DNA of 63,647 nt, counting the filler, from Klebsormidium nitens (Eukaryota; Plantae; Klebsormidiophyceae): the NCBI GenBank assembly GCA_000708835.1. It is 10 parts of 10 records of this genome, joined end to end, with 100 filler letters (N's around TTAATTAATTAA, not from the genome) between each part and the next. Parts side by side here need not be neighbours in the genome. Positions count along the whole stretch, not along the records: positions 12,061 to 20,704 come from DF238230.1; positions 20,805 to 27,026 come from DF238428.1; 8 more parts are not named here. One strand, given 5' to 3'. Position 1 is the stretch's first letter; each line of letters opens with the position of its first letter. Positions 12,109-24,827 of this stretch are shown one piece after another. The notes beneath the pieces were generated by a model. It worked only from the letters and a program-made list of their open reading frames with translations, had not been told where the DNA came from and did not search any database. The translations under genes were made by a program, and so were the position numbers.

Positions 12109-12528
12109 TCAACGAAATCCTGTCGAGAACGAGGTTAGGCTTAACCAGTCGTAATCGTTACAGATACATTCCAGATAGCGCATTGAAATTCGTTCGGAAA
12201 ATTGGATCTTCGATTGCAATGTTAAAACTACCTCAAGCACTAGATTGTTGCAGGCCCACCTCTTGAGGAAAGCCTCAAGCGTAACTGCGTAATAGCTATA
12301 GCTGCCAAACTCGGGGTCCTGTCTTGCCAGAAAGATCAGCCTCTCCGCGTCGAAGAAGTTGTCAGCGAATTGATAGAGGTCGTCCAGTGTCTTAAAGTGT
12401 TGCATAACAAGGCGCTCGTTCAGTAGATCGAACCCTGGCATGTCATGGATCGGCTGGTCTCGGTTTTTGCGCATCGCCTCGCGGATGCTTGGACGGACGC
12501 ATGACTTTTGCGGCCGATGCTGCTGCAT
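12109..12528 (-). CDS. Hypothetical protein (139 aa)
   Basis: ATG-initiated ORF with protein-like composition; no family recognised. Confidence 0.4.
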   Translation of the reverse strand: MQQHRPQKSCVRPSIREAMRKNRDQPIHDMPGFDLLNERLVMQHFKTLDDLYQFADNFFDAERLIFLARQDPEFGSYSYYAVTLEAFLKRWACNNLVLEVVLTLQSKIQFSERISMRYLECICNDYDWLSLTSFSTGFR

Positions 12529-12754
12529 GTTGCCTTCTTTCTATGGTTATCTATGATCTATAATCACATCGCCTTCTGTTGATACAAGCAAGATGCGATT
12601 CGTAAGCAGCGTTCGATTAGAGGCACACAAAAGTGAGCTGCATCATGGCGTGTTCTTGAAGGCCCCTCCATTGCTGTTCTGATCTTGCCCACCGGGGACA
12701 ATCCTCCGCTTTTAAGAGAGGGATGCAAAAGAAAAGAACAGAACAAAAACGAAT

Positions 12755-13230
12755 TCTTCGCTGACGGGTTCGAAGCTACGACATCAAAAGGGCACCATCT
12801 GTTGTAGCTTGGCGTACTATTCTGACGCCACTATGGCCATTGCGCCATTTCCTTCTACGTGCGGTTTAAGATGAATGCTCTTTTCTTTCTGCAATAGACT
12901 TGGCAAGGTTCATTCGCGCGCGACCGCAAAAAAGATAGGTCCTTGATGATATGAAGCGTTGCTCGAGCCAGGTTTCGAACTCAGGTGTTGCAGGTTTTGA
13001 ACTCGAGCAAAACGCCACGGACGACGCTCGCGGTCGACTGACCACTTTGGCCAACGACCTGCGTCAACAATGAACCGTGGCTTCGCAGCTTTTCGCCGAT
13101 CTAAATGTTATATACTTTACAAAGGCCTGACCCTCAAAAATTCAATGTCCACAACCGGATTCGAACCCGGGCCATACAAAAGGCACCATCGAGTGTCCTT
13201 CGTGCTGGCCACACCGGCCAGCGCCGATGC
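12755..13230 (-). repeat. Two tRNA-related, SINE-like Pol III units (~12755-12850 and ~13145-13230)
   Basis: Minus strand: A-box TGGCCATAGTGG with B-box-like GCTTCGAACCC; and TGGCCGGTGTGG with GGTTCGAATCC. Both share GATGGTGCC(C)TTTTG between the boxes. No complete cloverleaf seen. Confidence 0.5.
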
Positions 13231-13898
13231 ACTCAGAGTCTTTCGTGCCTTTCTTCTGATGCTTAAATCAAAATTTATATAGGCTGTTTGCGAGACGTTC
13301 TGTGCGCGGCGGCCGGGCCGGGTAAGTTGCCGCGCGCCGCGCGACGGCGGCACTGCAGCGCGCGACCGCCGCGAGCACTCGCGGCACTGCGCATGAGCTC
13401 AGGCTAGCGCCGGCCTGTGCATGCGAGACCGCGTGTGCGCGCGCGGGACATTGTGCACTTGGGCTTAAACCTCCAGGGTTTGGTGGACCAATAGAAATCC
13501 AGGGATTCAAATCCGAAAGCCAATCCTAATCAAACCTATGAACGCTGCGTTGAGCTTCAAGAGCAACTGTCTGGAAGCTCTTTGCAGACTCTGATCCAAG
13601 TTAGATACTTTAGGTGAGACAGTGATACATATAAGGACAATTTTCAGGACGTGGTTTCAGCTCAGGACTTGTTCGAAGTTGAAACAACAGTGACGTGCGC
13701 TTTTATTTCGTGGCCTGCGTTCCGTTCCAAGAGCAAAATGCTCTGCTAGAACTCATTGTCTTTATTCACGTTGATCAGCCAGTGCTCCAATTGCTGTCTT
13801 CTTTGAGCGTGTGAGAGATCTACGCTGTCTTGATGTGCTGATCTGATTCAAAAGGGCCTTCGCTTTTCTTATTTTCTCGTTTCAAAACACGCGCACCA

Positions 13899-15611
13899 GT
13901 GGCTGTACATCCTATCCGAAGCGGAGCTGAGAAGATGCCTCAGAAAAGGTCAAGCTTCGGCGAACAAGGGTGCAATCCGAATCAGTGTCGAGCTGTCTGC
14001 TTGATTGTCGATGAGGACAACGCGAAGTCGTCATTCCCTCCTGCGGTGTTGGACTTGCTTCACAGAATGGGGAAGAGAATCGGCGTAAGCTCGTGGATGC
14101 TGATGGTGCCAATGACGTCGTGTGCTTCCTATTTCTTGGGACCGAAAGCCGTTGTGGAGATCGAGGGATTAGACTGGAAGAGCAATCTTATTCACTGGGG
14201 GTTTTGTGTCGGTCCCAGTGGCTTTGGAAAATCCCAAGCCTACCAGAAGATCAGCAAGAATATCGACTTGGTCGAGCGGATCATCAATGATGAGATTATG
14301 GAGCACGTGTTAAAGCACCTGGACCGGGAAATCTACAGAGAAGGTTCGGCTGAGCTGGGGAACAAAACAACCGCTCAGACCTAACTACTCTGCTTCTACT
14401 CTGCTTTGTTCTTGTTTCATCGTTCTGCAGCTGATTTGCTCTGTTTCTCTGTGCAGCTCATGTACCGCCTCTACTGGCTGACTCACAGCTTGGAAGAGGA
14501 CAAGAACGTGACAATCTTTAAGCTGGCAGGCAGTGCGCGTGACGTGTTTGGCCAGGGCTTTGACAACATCCAGAAAGTGCTTCGAGAGCTCTACAACAAG
14601 GACTTACTCCACAAAGCAGGTGAGTGCGACCTTTCGAACCAAAGAATTCTATCAAGCGTCTGAAAATAGTTGCTAACAGATGACGACTTGCTAATACCGA
14701 TGGCTAGTGCATCTCTGGAAACTCGAAAGGGTGAACTCGACAGACAAAGCGCGCTTTTGCAAGCACAGAAAAGCGAAGGTGTCAAGCACGCGCTTTCGAT
14801 GCAGGGATCATCTCGAAGGCCAAGGGGGAAGTGCTTCAGATATCCGCCATCTTCAGAGCCATGAGCCTGGTACTCGATCCTTCTTACCAGTCTCTAGTTG
14901 AGCAGCCCGAGTCCTTCTTGATCACCGAGGAGGACGTCCGGCAGGCATGGAGCTTCGTGAACCTGACAACGAGGCAGCGCATCGAGTTCGAGAATGATCA
15001 AGAGGTAATAAAAGTTTGTTCAAAGGTCCTCGGGTGGAAGCAGCTCGGACATCGGGACGAAGAAGATGAAGAGGAGGACAATGATGACGCTGACCACCCC
15101 ACCGACGAAATGGTAAGCACGCATCGGGCTTATCACCTATTTCTCGTCTGAGGGTTTCTGATTTACCACTTGCAGGTAACGCAGGAGCTTGCTTTTGCGC
15201 AGCTAGATTTGCTGTGCACTTTGAAAGCTGATACGCGACTTCCTAGCAGAAAGACTTATTGTGGTGCGCTTTTCGCAGAACGACTTGGACCGGAGGGCCA
15301 GGAGGATGTTCAAGATGTTCCCGGATGAGACCATCAGCCGGATCGAGGTCTCCAGAAAGAGGACGCAGGGCAATAACAACGAAATCAAAGAGGTTTTCGA
15401 CTACATCTCCTCAAATGACGACGATTCGACGCACTACTTCGGCTCTGTCCAAGAGATGGTCAAGCCGCAAGTCAGCAAGCAGAAGCAGGAAGTTTTCATC
15501 AAGATGATTCCAAAGTCCGAGGACGAGAACATCCAGCTCATCAACAACCTAAACCGCATCGGAATGACCCTAGACGCCTTTCTGCCGCCACGCGCGCGCA
15601 AGAATACGTAA
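13899..15611 (+). CDS. Multi-exon DUF3987/YfjI-like P-loop protein with a C-terminal helical domain; start and exon structure approximate
   Basis: SFPPAVLDLL...HWGFCVGPSGFGKSQAY resembles the DUF3987 N-terminus plus Walker A. Further coding blocks with GT-AG borders run to the stop at 15611. Confidence 0.55.
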
Positions 15612-15739
15612 GTGGCGAAAGCTTAGGATGACTCGAAGCAGAATTCCGCTTCAATCTGAACTCGATGCCACTGATCTACAGTTCTCTGCAGAATAAATTC
15701 CATCGAGAAGACGGATCCGGCTTGTTCCGAGAAGACTTA

Positions 15740-18700
15740 AACTTTGCTTTTTGGCTGCTGTCCAGGAAGAAAAGCGCCGGCAGCAACTCCGACACATCCG
15801 AGCCAGGCAACACTTCGTCGCGCGGTTCTGACGGCCAGGAGATGGACATGGATTAGTCCAAGAGACGCATGCAGATTCGTTACCTGATGGGGCAGTGTGG
15901 AAGTTGTAGTTGTAGCGTCTTGGAGTTGGTGCGTAGTGGCAGCGTGGGCAGCGTCGAGAGCCCGCAGCTGTCTTTCTTGCTCAGCGTTCCTCTTCAGATG
16001 ATCGAGCTTCGTAATCACTAGGATCATGAAGCGGAACCTGTGCTGGGACATGTACCTGCAGTAAAATATACATAGCTTTGTAGACGCTGCCTGGATGCAA
16101 AACGAATGCGACTGTGCAAGAACGATTGAGAAGTAGGATCTCGAAGCTTGTTTTACTGCTGCAGACCATACTTAACAAAAGGTCTCTCGCTTAACTTGCA
16201 TAACAAACATGGTCAGGTTGCTTCGGAGCACTGACGGATGAAGAGTGCTCTTACCTGAGCGAGGTTCTGAACTGGCCCCACCATTTGAACCGCTGTTCGC
16301 ACACCGACATGTTTGCAGACTCAAGCTCCGGATGCTTGTACGGGTTCGTGTGCTCTGCGCACCACCGCCCCACGTGGTTCTTCTTGAAATGAAACTTGTC
16401 CACTGCATGGGTTATACAGAAACTAATGTTAGCGATGCCCAATGAATGCAGACAGTGCAAATATGTCTTCTCTGCACATCCCTCGCTTTAAGCGAATCCA
16501 TGCCAGCTGAACTGCTGATTACAAAAACTCGGTGTAGTAGGCGTGGCACAGCCACGCCTAGCAAACTAACCCTCTTTTCGCATCTAACCAGGCAACCTTC
16601 AACCAATTTTTGCAACGCCGACCTATGCAGCCTTATAAAACACGTCGAAATGAACCCGTGACACCTTTAAATTCGAAATTACATAGAGCTACGAACTCAG
16701 CGCTCCAGCTTAAAAATCGCTGCCCTACTCAGCATAACACATCGCCACCCTAGTCAGCCTAACCTCAAAACAGCTCGACTTCTGCTGACGTCAGCGCTGA
16801 GCGCGGTGACAGCAGAACCACCCGGAACCGAATGTCGAGACTGCCCAACACCTCAGCTCTCGAACGCACCCTTGCATACAAACTTTCATAAAGTTCAGCT
16901 CATAAAAAGTCTGCTCGAGTAAACTCTATTTCACCGGGCAAAACTCGCGTTTGCCTGGTAAAACAGCTTACATCCTAAGTACGCTGACGTCACCTTTGGC
17001 CGTAAGCGTTGCGCTCACGATAAGAACCTTACAGAGGACATCAAGACGCGTCTATAGAATCTTTTCGATCTGAAATTGACCCACTCTACGTAATTTGACG
17101 GCTTGGGATACTCGGCATACCGCTGTCAGGCTCGCGTATGCACGCCGGGCGGTGTGAATGGGGCCCAATCGTATAACCGGGGCTCTGCCCCGGCTACTGG
17201 ATGGACCCATTCACACGCGAAAGTTTGGCATGAACAGATTGGACAAGCTCCTTACCGACTTTCTTAGTGTCTTCGTGGAACTCGCGCGTCTTGTCGCTCA
17301 TCGCAGTCCGCTCGCCGCTTGCAGCAAATCGTGCCCAGTGGCACATGTCGTCCATGCCTATGAACTCGGGCAGGCGCACGTGCGCAAACAGGAGCATCAT
17401 GTAGTGGTGCACCTGAAGTTAGGAGGAAAGACGAAAGGTATCACATGTTGGACGGGAAAGTCGAGCAGATCACCGGATCAGACGCTGACTGCGAAGCTCA
17501 GCCCGTTCGGACGTTCAAGGCCTGACAACGAGGCACAGCGGCTATGGATGTCACGCCAGAAGGACGCGAAGAGTGGGCAGAAAAAAGGGGCTGGAAAGCT
17601 TCTTGGGATGCTCCTTGTTGAATCAGCCGTGTAAAAGTCTGAACATGGAGCTCGGTAGTGAAGTGATCTCGATGTGAGCACGAAGGAGCTCGATTGGGGA
17701 GCAGCAAAGGACCGACGTTTTGGTAGGAACGGCTAACCCGGCCCGTTACTCACCATGGTGGTTGACTCTGACAGAATCAACTCCAGAGGGGGAAACATGT
17801 AGCCGCACGCCCAGAAGGCGACCAGCGTGCCGGCTGTCACGCCGCGTCCGTCCGAGCTCGTGCGCGGGGTGCATGCTGTGAGCTTGGTCTTACGGCGCGG
17901 CTTCTCGGCATCCGGTTCTGGTGCGGGATCCGGTAGCTGGTCCTCCCGGTCGCGCGTGTAGAAGTCCCCTGCGGCGTAGTGTTCGTATAGCATCAGAGCC
18001 GCAAGATGCAGCGCCCCCTTAGAGCAAACAATCGGCTCAAACCAAGAGCAGAAGCGTCGCATCGCGAACGAAGACATGCTGCCACGAAAGGGGGAGTTCA
18101 ACCTCACGGCCTCTGAGGCTGACCTTGCTGCTGCACATGCATGTTTCTCTAAGACCTTGTATCACAGTGGATGGAGAACGGTGCTTTACCTTGGGGCTGC
18201 GAGCGCAGATACTCGTCCAGGAGGCCCCTGCCGAATACAGTCACGTTCTCCTCGGGCTCCCACGTGTTCTCGGCGGCCGGGCAGCCCTTCCACTTGACCA
18301 AGTAGATTGGTACCTGAAGAGAGTGGGGTAGAAGAGTTGGGTAGATAGTGGGTTAAAAGCGTAAAGCGGCTGGCAAATAAGAGCAGTATGTAGGCGGCTT
18401 TGCTAGACTTCAGAGTTTGTGCGTCAAGAGAAACGCAACAAACCGGATCCCTGGGTGGCTGATTCACCAGGCAGAAACGAGGTTTGAGAGTTCTGGAATG
18501 TTCATTGGGCTTTTCAATCAGGGAACACCTTTGAGGTTTTGAAGGTTGATAGACGGGCATTCCAAACACTCTCTCTAGCCGCGAGTTGAGAACTTGAGAT
18601 GCTGAAAGCTCTTGAGACGTTAACGTCGAATGCACGTAAATCTGCTGTCTGTCATCGCAGCCAGCAAAGCCCGTCTGAGCCTGTGCTCTTTCGGCAGTGT

Positions 18701-20699
18701 TGATTTTACGAAGGTAGCTCATGCTGATTCAGAAGCGCAGAAAGGCAGACTGAATGTTGTTCAATAATGGAAGAAGTCAATGGTCGTCTGGAAACCGATA
18801 ACATCTCTGAAACCTTGCGTGCACGATCAAACAGGCGTCAGACCAAGCACCGCATGCGCGACGAGGAATCTTAAATGAAAGGGAGATATGTCGAGGCTTA
18901 CCCCGTTCTTCAGCATGCTCATCTCTATTCTCTCCGCCTCATACAACGAGTCATCTTCCTGCAGCAGCTGCCTCTTCCTCCGCGTCCGCAAAGACACCGG
19001 CCCGGCGTCCATATCCCACTTGTCAGCGGACGCAGCTGCCTCGGGCCCTGAACCTCCCCTGCCTACAGAACCGCTTTGCTCTTCTCCCCCTTCCCCCTCG
19101 TCTTCCTCGTCCTCTTCCTCAGCATACTCATCGTCGCTGTCCAGGTCCCGGAGATCTATCTCTTCCACATCGCCCGCCCCAGCCTCGGCAACCGGACCCT
19201 CCCCTCCTCCCCGAGTTCCTTCCGGATGCTCTGGCTCACTTTCCGCATCGCCCTGCGCAACCGCACTTGCAGCTGGTGCGCCTGCGTGATGCAGGCGGCA
19301 ATACTTTTTGTTCTTCAAGGGGGTTCTTGGGCAACCCTTCACAACCCTGCCGATTGCAGTCTGAAAGAGCTCTTCATCCTTTTTTGCACAACAGGCGCGA
19401 AAGACTTTGGCATTGCCGTCAAAGTGGCAGTACCTTCCACAAAGCCCGTTCTCACACTTCTTGCTGTGCTCAAGGGCTTCGTCCCGCAGATGGCACCAAA
19501 ACGGATCATTGAGCTTGTTGAGGATGTTGTCAATTGGCTCACGCAAATCAATGTCATCCAGCAAGCTTGGACAATGGTCCTGACAGAACCGGACCGCCCA
19601 GAATTGAAAGTATGCCAACTCAAAACGCTCCCTGTTTAAACTCCCTCTTAGAGTCCGCCTTCGCCGCAGCCGCTGGAGAGCTGCTTCGGGCTCTTCTGAG
19701 AAGCGGTCCAGATCGAAGGATGCGTTGTGGGCGCGAACAGCAGAGACAAAGCTTGCATGCATGTAGTACCTGCAGAGATGAAAAGGGGAGGCATGAGACC
19801 AACAGACTGACCACAAGACTGACGTGTGTCTGCATGCATATAAAACACATACAGTCAGAAGCCTCGATTGATCCACTCAAGCAGATTGGCAGGATCGCGC
19901 AGCATGGTTTTATCAGGGTGTCTTGCTGTTAGTAAGGAGACGCAATTGCATTTGCTGCAGGTTGAGCAATGCTCAGAGAAACCCATCCAGGATGTGTGTT
20001 CGGCAGATCTCTAAGCACTTGCTTTCTTCAAGCAGATTTGACAGGAGAAGAAGCATTTGCACAGAGACGGAGCACTCACAGATTTTGGTCGTGTCGCCGA
20101 AGCAGTTGCTTGCTGATCACCGTCTCTCCTGACAACTCTAACCAGGTGTCATTGTCATGGGCCGCAGGGTATGGCCGCCGTACCTGGGAACCTGGTGGGC
20201 AGTAGTAGCTGATTGAGAACACCGCATTGCATCCAGGACAGAACTTCTCTTGGACGAGCCCTTTGCCAGGCGGGCCGTCATGCGGAAAGAAGAAAGGCCT
20301 CCTAGGCTTTGCCTCGTCCACCCACCTCAGCTGCTCACAGCACAGGAAGCATTTCGTTGACCGTGGGAATGCAACAAAGAGCAGGGACTCTCTCTGTGCA
20401 ATCTCTTCGACAGAAGGGCGCTTTGCGCCCGCAAGAAGCGACAGATCCCCTGAAGCGCACTTCAATTTGTCAATCACATTCTTTACCATAACTCTGTCGA
20501 TCTTGCTGTGCGGCGGCAGGGTGCTGTTCACAATGGAGGCAATAAACTCTGTCCGAAGTGGGAACGGCTGCGGGAATAGCTTGAGGCAATCCAGTAGCAT
20601 GACAAAGCTCATAAGGCAGAGGGGCGCTGCAACGGCATCGAACCTGCCCACAGGATCTGAGGAGCCCGCATCTGCTGTCTTCTGTTTCTTGGAGGACAT
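15740..20699 (-). mobile_element. KDZ (Kyakuja-Dileera-Zisupton) transposase gene, multi-exon: CxC5/CxC6-like clusters, chromodomain, catalytic core
   Basis: Exons encode CFLC..FCPGC, DGNAKVFRACC..GCPRTP..YCRLH, AGTLVAFWACG..LELILSES, GMDDMCHWARF, VDKFHFKKNH..WC..NPY..NMSVCEQRFKW and MSQHRFRF. This is the motif order of KDZ transposases. Confidence 0.82.
18190..18945 (-). other. Chromodomain split by a phase-0 intron (18314-18901) inside the KDZ transposase
   Basis: Splicing AACGGG|gtaagc to ttcag|GTACCA gives YEAERIEMSMLKNG-VPIYLVKWKGCPAAENTWEPEENV. Confidence 0.85.
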
Positions 20700-20804
20700 T
20701 TTGANNNNNNNNNNNNNNNNNNNNNNNNNNNNNNNNNNNNNNNNNNNNTTAATTAATTAANNNNNNNNNNNNNNNNNNNNNNNNNNNNNNNNNNNNNNNN
20801 NNNN

Positions 20805-22313
20805 GGTTTGTGGAATGTCCTGGGGGTTCCATTCCGAAATGTCGATGGATGATAGATACCGATGAAAGACGTACGGAGTTTCCGCCACGTCGTTCAACTC
20901 TTTAAACAGAGCTGCGAAATAAGCTTTGTTCCGAATCATCTTGTCTGAACTTTCCATCGCAAAGTATCGTCTATCGTCGGTCTCCTTCTTTATGGGCCAA
21001 TACTCGTTGGTCGTGAATACGATGTTCTGGAAGTCGTCCACCTGAATCGCGTCCACGCCCTTTCTGTTCAAAACGCCCTGGGATTGTGTGATCATGCTCT
21101 TCAGCCTATTGTTCAACTTGTATGCCCCACCCCAACTGTTCACTTCATCGAAGACGGTTAGCAACTTGTTAGCGGCCACTGCGTTGAATGACCCAATGAC
21201 ATTCTCGAGATCCTGACAGTAGAGGTAGAGCTCGACGCCGACGATCATGATTCCGAAAAAGTCGAAGAGCGCGCTCTTGCCACTGCCTTGCTTTGATCTC
21301 ATTACCAGGGCCACCCCGGTCTTCTTGTGTGGCTTCTGAATGACATGCGCAAGCCAGCAGATCATATATTTGTAAGCCAGTTCACACCCATTTGCGAGGA
21401 TGTACCTGATGTGCCATAGGAGCTTCGGAATTTTTGCTTCGCATTCTCGCATTCCTTCCTCGGTGAGCTTCGATTTCAAGGGTTCAAATATGAGGCCGTT
21501 GAAGAGGTTGAAATGCTTGGGGTTACCTTCATTCAGACTGGGGTAGAATACCACTGTATCATACTGCCGCCTTGCAGATGACGATCGCCAGTAGGCTCCA
21601 GCGTTTTTGACCTTCCCCGGCACCTTGGAGAGGCCCAGCGTCTCGCAGCGCTCTGTGAATTCGTGTCCACTTCGGAGTATTTTCTTGAATGGCTTCAGGC
21701 TGTTATCCAAATCGCGTTTGAAGAGTGTCTCGGTGTAGGTGATCCGGGAGGAGCCGGTCACGACCCCGAAATAGTGATTCATGACTTTAACGACTATGTC
21801 AAGCAAAGTTGCCACCTCCTGCTTGGCCGCGGCTTCGGAGTCTTTTTCGTTTGATGTACAGATGTACTTCTGACAGTCTTGCAGAACTCTCGAATTATCT
21901 GCATCGATTTGCAGAGGTAAGCACTCGGGCCAAAAATAGACTCCGAGCATCCGCTTGGCCTTCTTGATGCATTCGCTGCCCAGGCATCTGTAGAGGAGTA
22001 TCGCCCCATTGCTCAGGACGCTGAAGTTATTGCTCTTGTGATTGCAACCATTGATACATGTTCTGACACCCACCGTTCTGAACTTCATCACATGCCACCC
22101 GGTTTTGGTCATAGGTCTCATGCCGTTGAAGCGACTCCTGTCCCCCGGAAGCTTCTTCTGCAGCAAGCCCAATACCACCTGGACCGCTTCAGGAACGCCG
22201 TGGACGATGGTCGCCTCCAGAGGGATTGAAGGAGGATTCGACGCGGTCTGTTGTGCGACTGCAGGAGTGGGCTCGAGGGCAGCATTCAAAAGTTTTGTGA
22301 GCCACTCTGGCAT
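20805..22313 (-). CDS. D5-like primase-helicase C-terminal part (Zn-finger plus SF3 helicase), viral type; truncated by gaps
   Basis: CINGCNH..YRCLGSEC; KKTGVALVMRSKQGSGKS (Walker A); VFDEV (Walker B); IVFTTN (motif C); DRRYF. Intronless. Confidence 0.88.
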
Positions 22314-22329
22314 CGCATTCCGTGGGGCT

Positions 22330-23151
22330 NNNNNNNNNNNNNNNNNNNNNNNNNNNNNNNNNNNNNNNNNNNNNNNNNNNNNNNNNNNNNNNNNNNNNNN
22401 NNNNNNNNNNNNNNNNNNNNNNNNNNNNNNNNNNNNNNNNNNNNNNNNNNNNNNNNNNNNNNNNNNNNNNNNNNNNNNNNNNNNNNNNNNNNNNNNNNNN
22501 NNNNNNNNNNNNNNNNNNNNNNNNNNNNNNNNNNNNNNNNNNNNNNNNNNNNNNNNNNNNNNNNNNNNNNNNNNNNNNNNNNNNNNNNNNNNNNNNNNNN
22601 NNNNNNNNNNNNNNNNNNNNNNNNNNNNNNNNNNNNNNNNNNNNNNNNNNNNNNNNNNNNNNNNNNNNNNNNNNNNNNNNNNNNNNNNNNNNNNNNNNNN
22701 NNNNNNNNNNNNNNNNNNNNNNNNNNNNNNNNNNNNNNNNNNNNNNNNNNNNNNNNNNNNNNNNNNNNNNNNNNNNNNNNNNNNNNNNNNNNNNNNNNNN
22801 NNNNNNNNNNNNNNNNNNNNNNNNNNNNNNNNNNNNNNNNNNNNNNNNNNNNNNNNNNNNNNNNNNNNNNNNNNNNNNNNNNNNNNNNNNNNNNNNNNNN
22901 NNNNNNNNNNNNNNNNNNNNNNNNNNNNNNNNNNNNNNNNNNNNNNNNNNNNNNNNNNNNNNNNNNNNNNNNNNNNNNNNNNNNNNNNNNNNNNNNNNNN
23001 NNNNNNNNNNNNNNNNNNNNNNNNNNNNNNNNNNNNNNNNNNNNNNNNNNNNNNNNNNNNNNNNNNNNNNNNNNNNNNNNNNNNNNNNNNNNNNNNNNNN
23101 NNNNNNNNNNNNNNNNNNNNNNNNNNNNNNNNNNNNNNNNNNNNNNNNNNN
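22330..23151. other. Sized assembly gap without linker (within one scaffold)
   Basis: About 822 N with no TTAATTAATTAA. Confidence 0.9.
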
Positions 23152-23451
23152 AGGGATGCCGTAGAGGCCTTGTTGTGAGAGCTCTTTGATTGCCGCTGAT
23201 ATTCGCATTCTCTGGTAGATAGGGCTGACGTTCTGATCCTCTACATGTCGTCTGCCAGCGATGACCGCCTCGATTGACTGAGCTCCATGGGGCCTGGCGT
23301 CTCGAACCCCGAGACCGGCGTTGGTGGGTAGCGAGCAAAGTTGAGATGCCATGTGATCTTCCTTACCAGGTAACGAACATTTTATTTTTGAGAAAAACGC
23401 GCTCGTTCGGAGATTGTACTTTTTTTTTCTGAATGTATTCTACGAGGCTTA

Positions 23452-23769
23452 ATGACTCTTCAAGTATCCGGTATCAACTCGTACAGCGACGATTTGCGCT
23501 CGTGCTTGTGTTCTGTTTGTAAATCAATGCGAGAATATGGAGAAAGGCACCCAGATCGCCACATAAAAACCGTCAGAGACTACTATAGTCGCAATCGAGA
23601 GGATATACTCCTAACAAAAGCATTCAATCGCCATCAATCCGGTATGAAATCTCGGCCAGAAACATTGGAAAAGCTTATCAATGCTGGATATCCGGTACGT
23701 AAAGGACACACTGATCCTCAAATGCAAATCGAAGATTCGGTCGCCCAGTACCTGGCAATTGAAGCATGA
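23452..23769 (+). CDS. Hypothetical viral-type protein (105 aa)
   Basis: ATG ORF, intronless, converging on the recombinase gene; contains CSVC. Confidence 0.45.
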   Translation: MTLQVSGINSYSDDLRSCLCSVCKSMREYGERHPDRHIKTVRDYYSRNREDILLTKAFNRHQSGMKSRPETLEKLINAGYPVRKGHTDPQMQIEDSVAQYLAIEA

Positions 23770-23784
23770 CAGCGGCTTTGATTA

Positions 23785-24827
23785 CTACCAAGCTATTGGA
23801 GTCCCATCGGGCTTGTACTTTTTCTCGTAGTGGGTCTGCTGAATCGCCACCGAATGCAAGCAAGATGACGCCTTTTCTGTCCGATCTTTCAAAGATGGTG
23901 CATCCTTGTACTCGTTTGAGATCAATATCTTGCGCATCAGGCTCGAACCGACGTTTGCATCCGGCCAAATGGCCGCCATGAATTTCGAGTAATAGTTCCG
24001 TCCCATGGGGGTGTCCGGCTTCCTCATGCAGCTTAGCAGGTACCTCCTGGGGAAAACTGTTAGACTCTCAACCACCACGTTGTTCATTCGTGTGGGAATG
24101 TATACGCCTTCTCAGCATGTGTCCGGTCTGTCTTGAAGTATCGGAGGTGGAATGTGAACTGTCCTTTAGCTGTTTCCATGATGTGGTTGCCTTGCATCAG
24201 CTTCCGTATCGCTGATGAGCGGTGGTCTCTCATGAAAATGATTGGGGCATCTGAGTAGTCATTCCGCAGCGTTGGTAGGTAAGCGTAGAGGCAAAGAATC
24301 AAATGCCTGATGAGATCGATGCGATCCTCTATCGTAATGTCTGCAGGCTGTTTAGGCAATATGACCCGATTAACACGACGCTGTAGCTCCTCGCGCTTCT
24401 TTGTGATCTCCTCGAGAGTCTTCCAGAAGTTTGCCCCCTCATGCTCTGTCATTTGCTGCAGGGGCGGCCTTAAGGCTTCCCTTGCCTTTTTGATTTCTTC
24501 ATGTCTGTCGAAATACACCTTCCACAGAGCCATGTCTCGCAGATGGTCCTTCGCAATAATCATTAGAGTGAACATGTAACCATGCTGGGCTGGCAGCTTA
24601 TGGAAATACTCACTCTTTAGAAACTCGATAAGTTCGGTGCAATCCCTCTTGACCCACCGGAGATCCTTGAGCTCCTCAGACCCTTGGAAGAAGTGCGCGT
24701 GTAACCGCAGGGTCTGTGCAACGTATTGGCGCAGGGTGTTCTCTTTTCTGTGGTTATTGTCGAATGCGGCCTTGACAATCTCATCCGGCGTTGCCTCGAC
24801 CATGACATGCTTGACACTGGCCATCAA
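23785..24827 (-). pseudogene. Tyrosine recombinase of large-DNA-virus/PLV type, split by a frameshift at ~24085
   Basis: Catalytic residues in order across two abutting ORFs: LPTLRNDY (R), RYFKT (K), GSSLMRKILIS (R), CLHS..QQTHY (H, Y). Confidence 0.8.

Noticed and set aside
13300-13460. Very GC/CpG-rich block with GCGC runs
   Set aside because: No periodic repeat, ORF or terminal inverted partner found; it may simply be a promoter or element end.
16780-16995. Two TGACGTCA (CRE/as-1-like) motifs in a KDZ intron
   Set aside because: A short palindrome with no associated gene start; not supportable as regulatory.
18186-18722. 178-aa ORF as a separate gene
   Set aside because: It lies mostly in the KDZ intron and overlaps the chromodomain exon out of frame; no recognisable domain.
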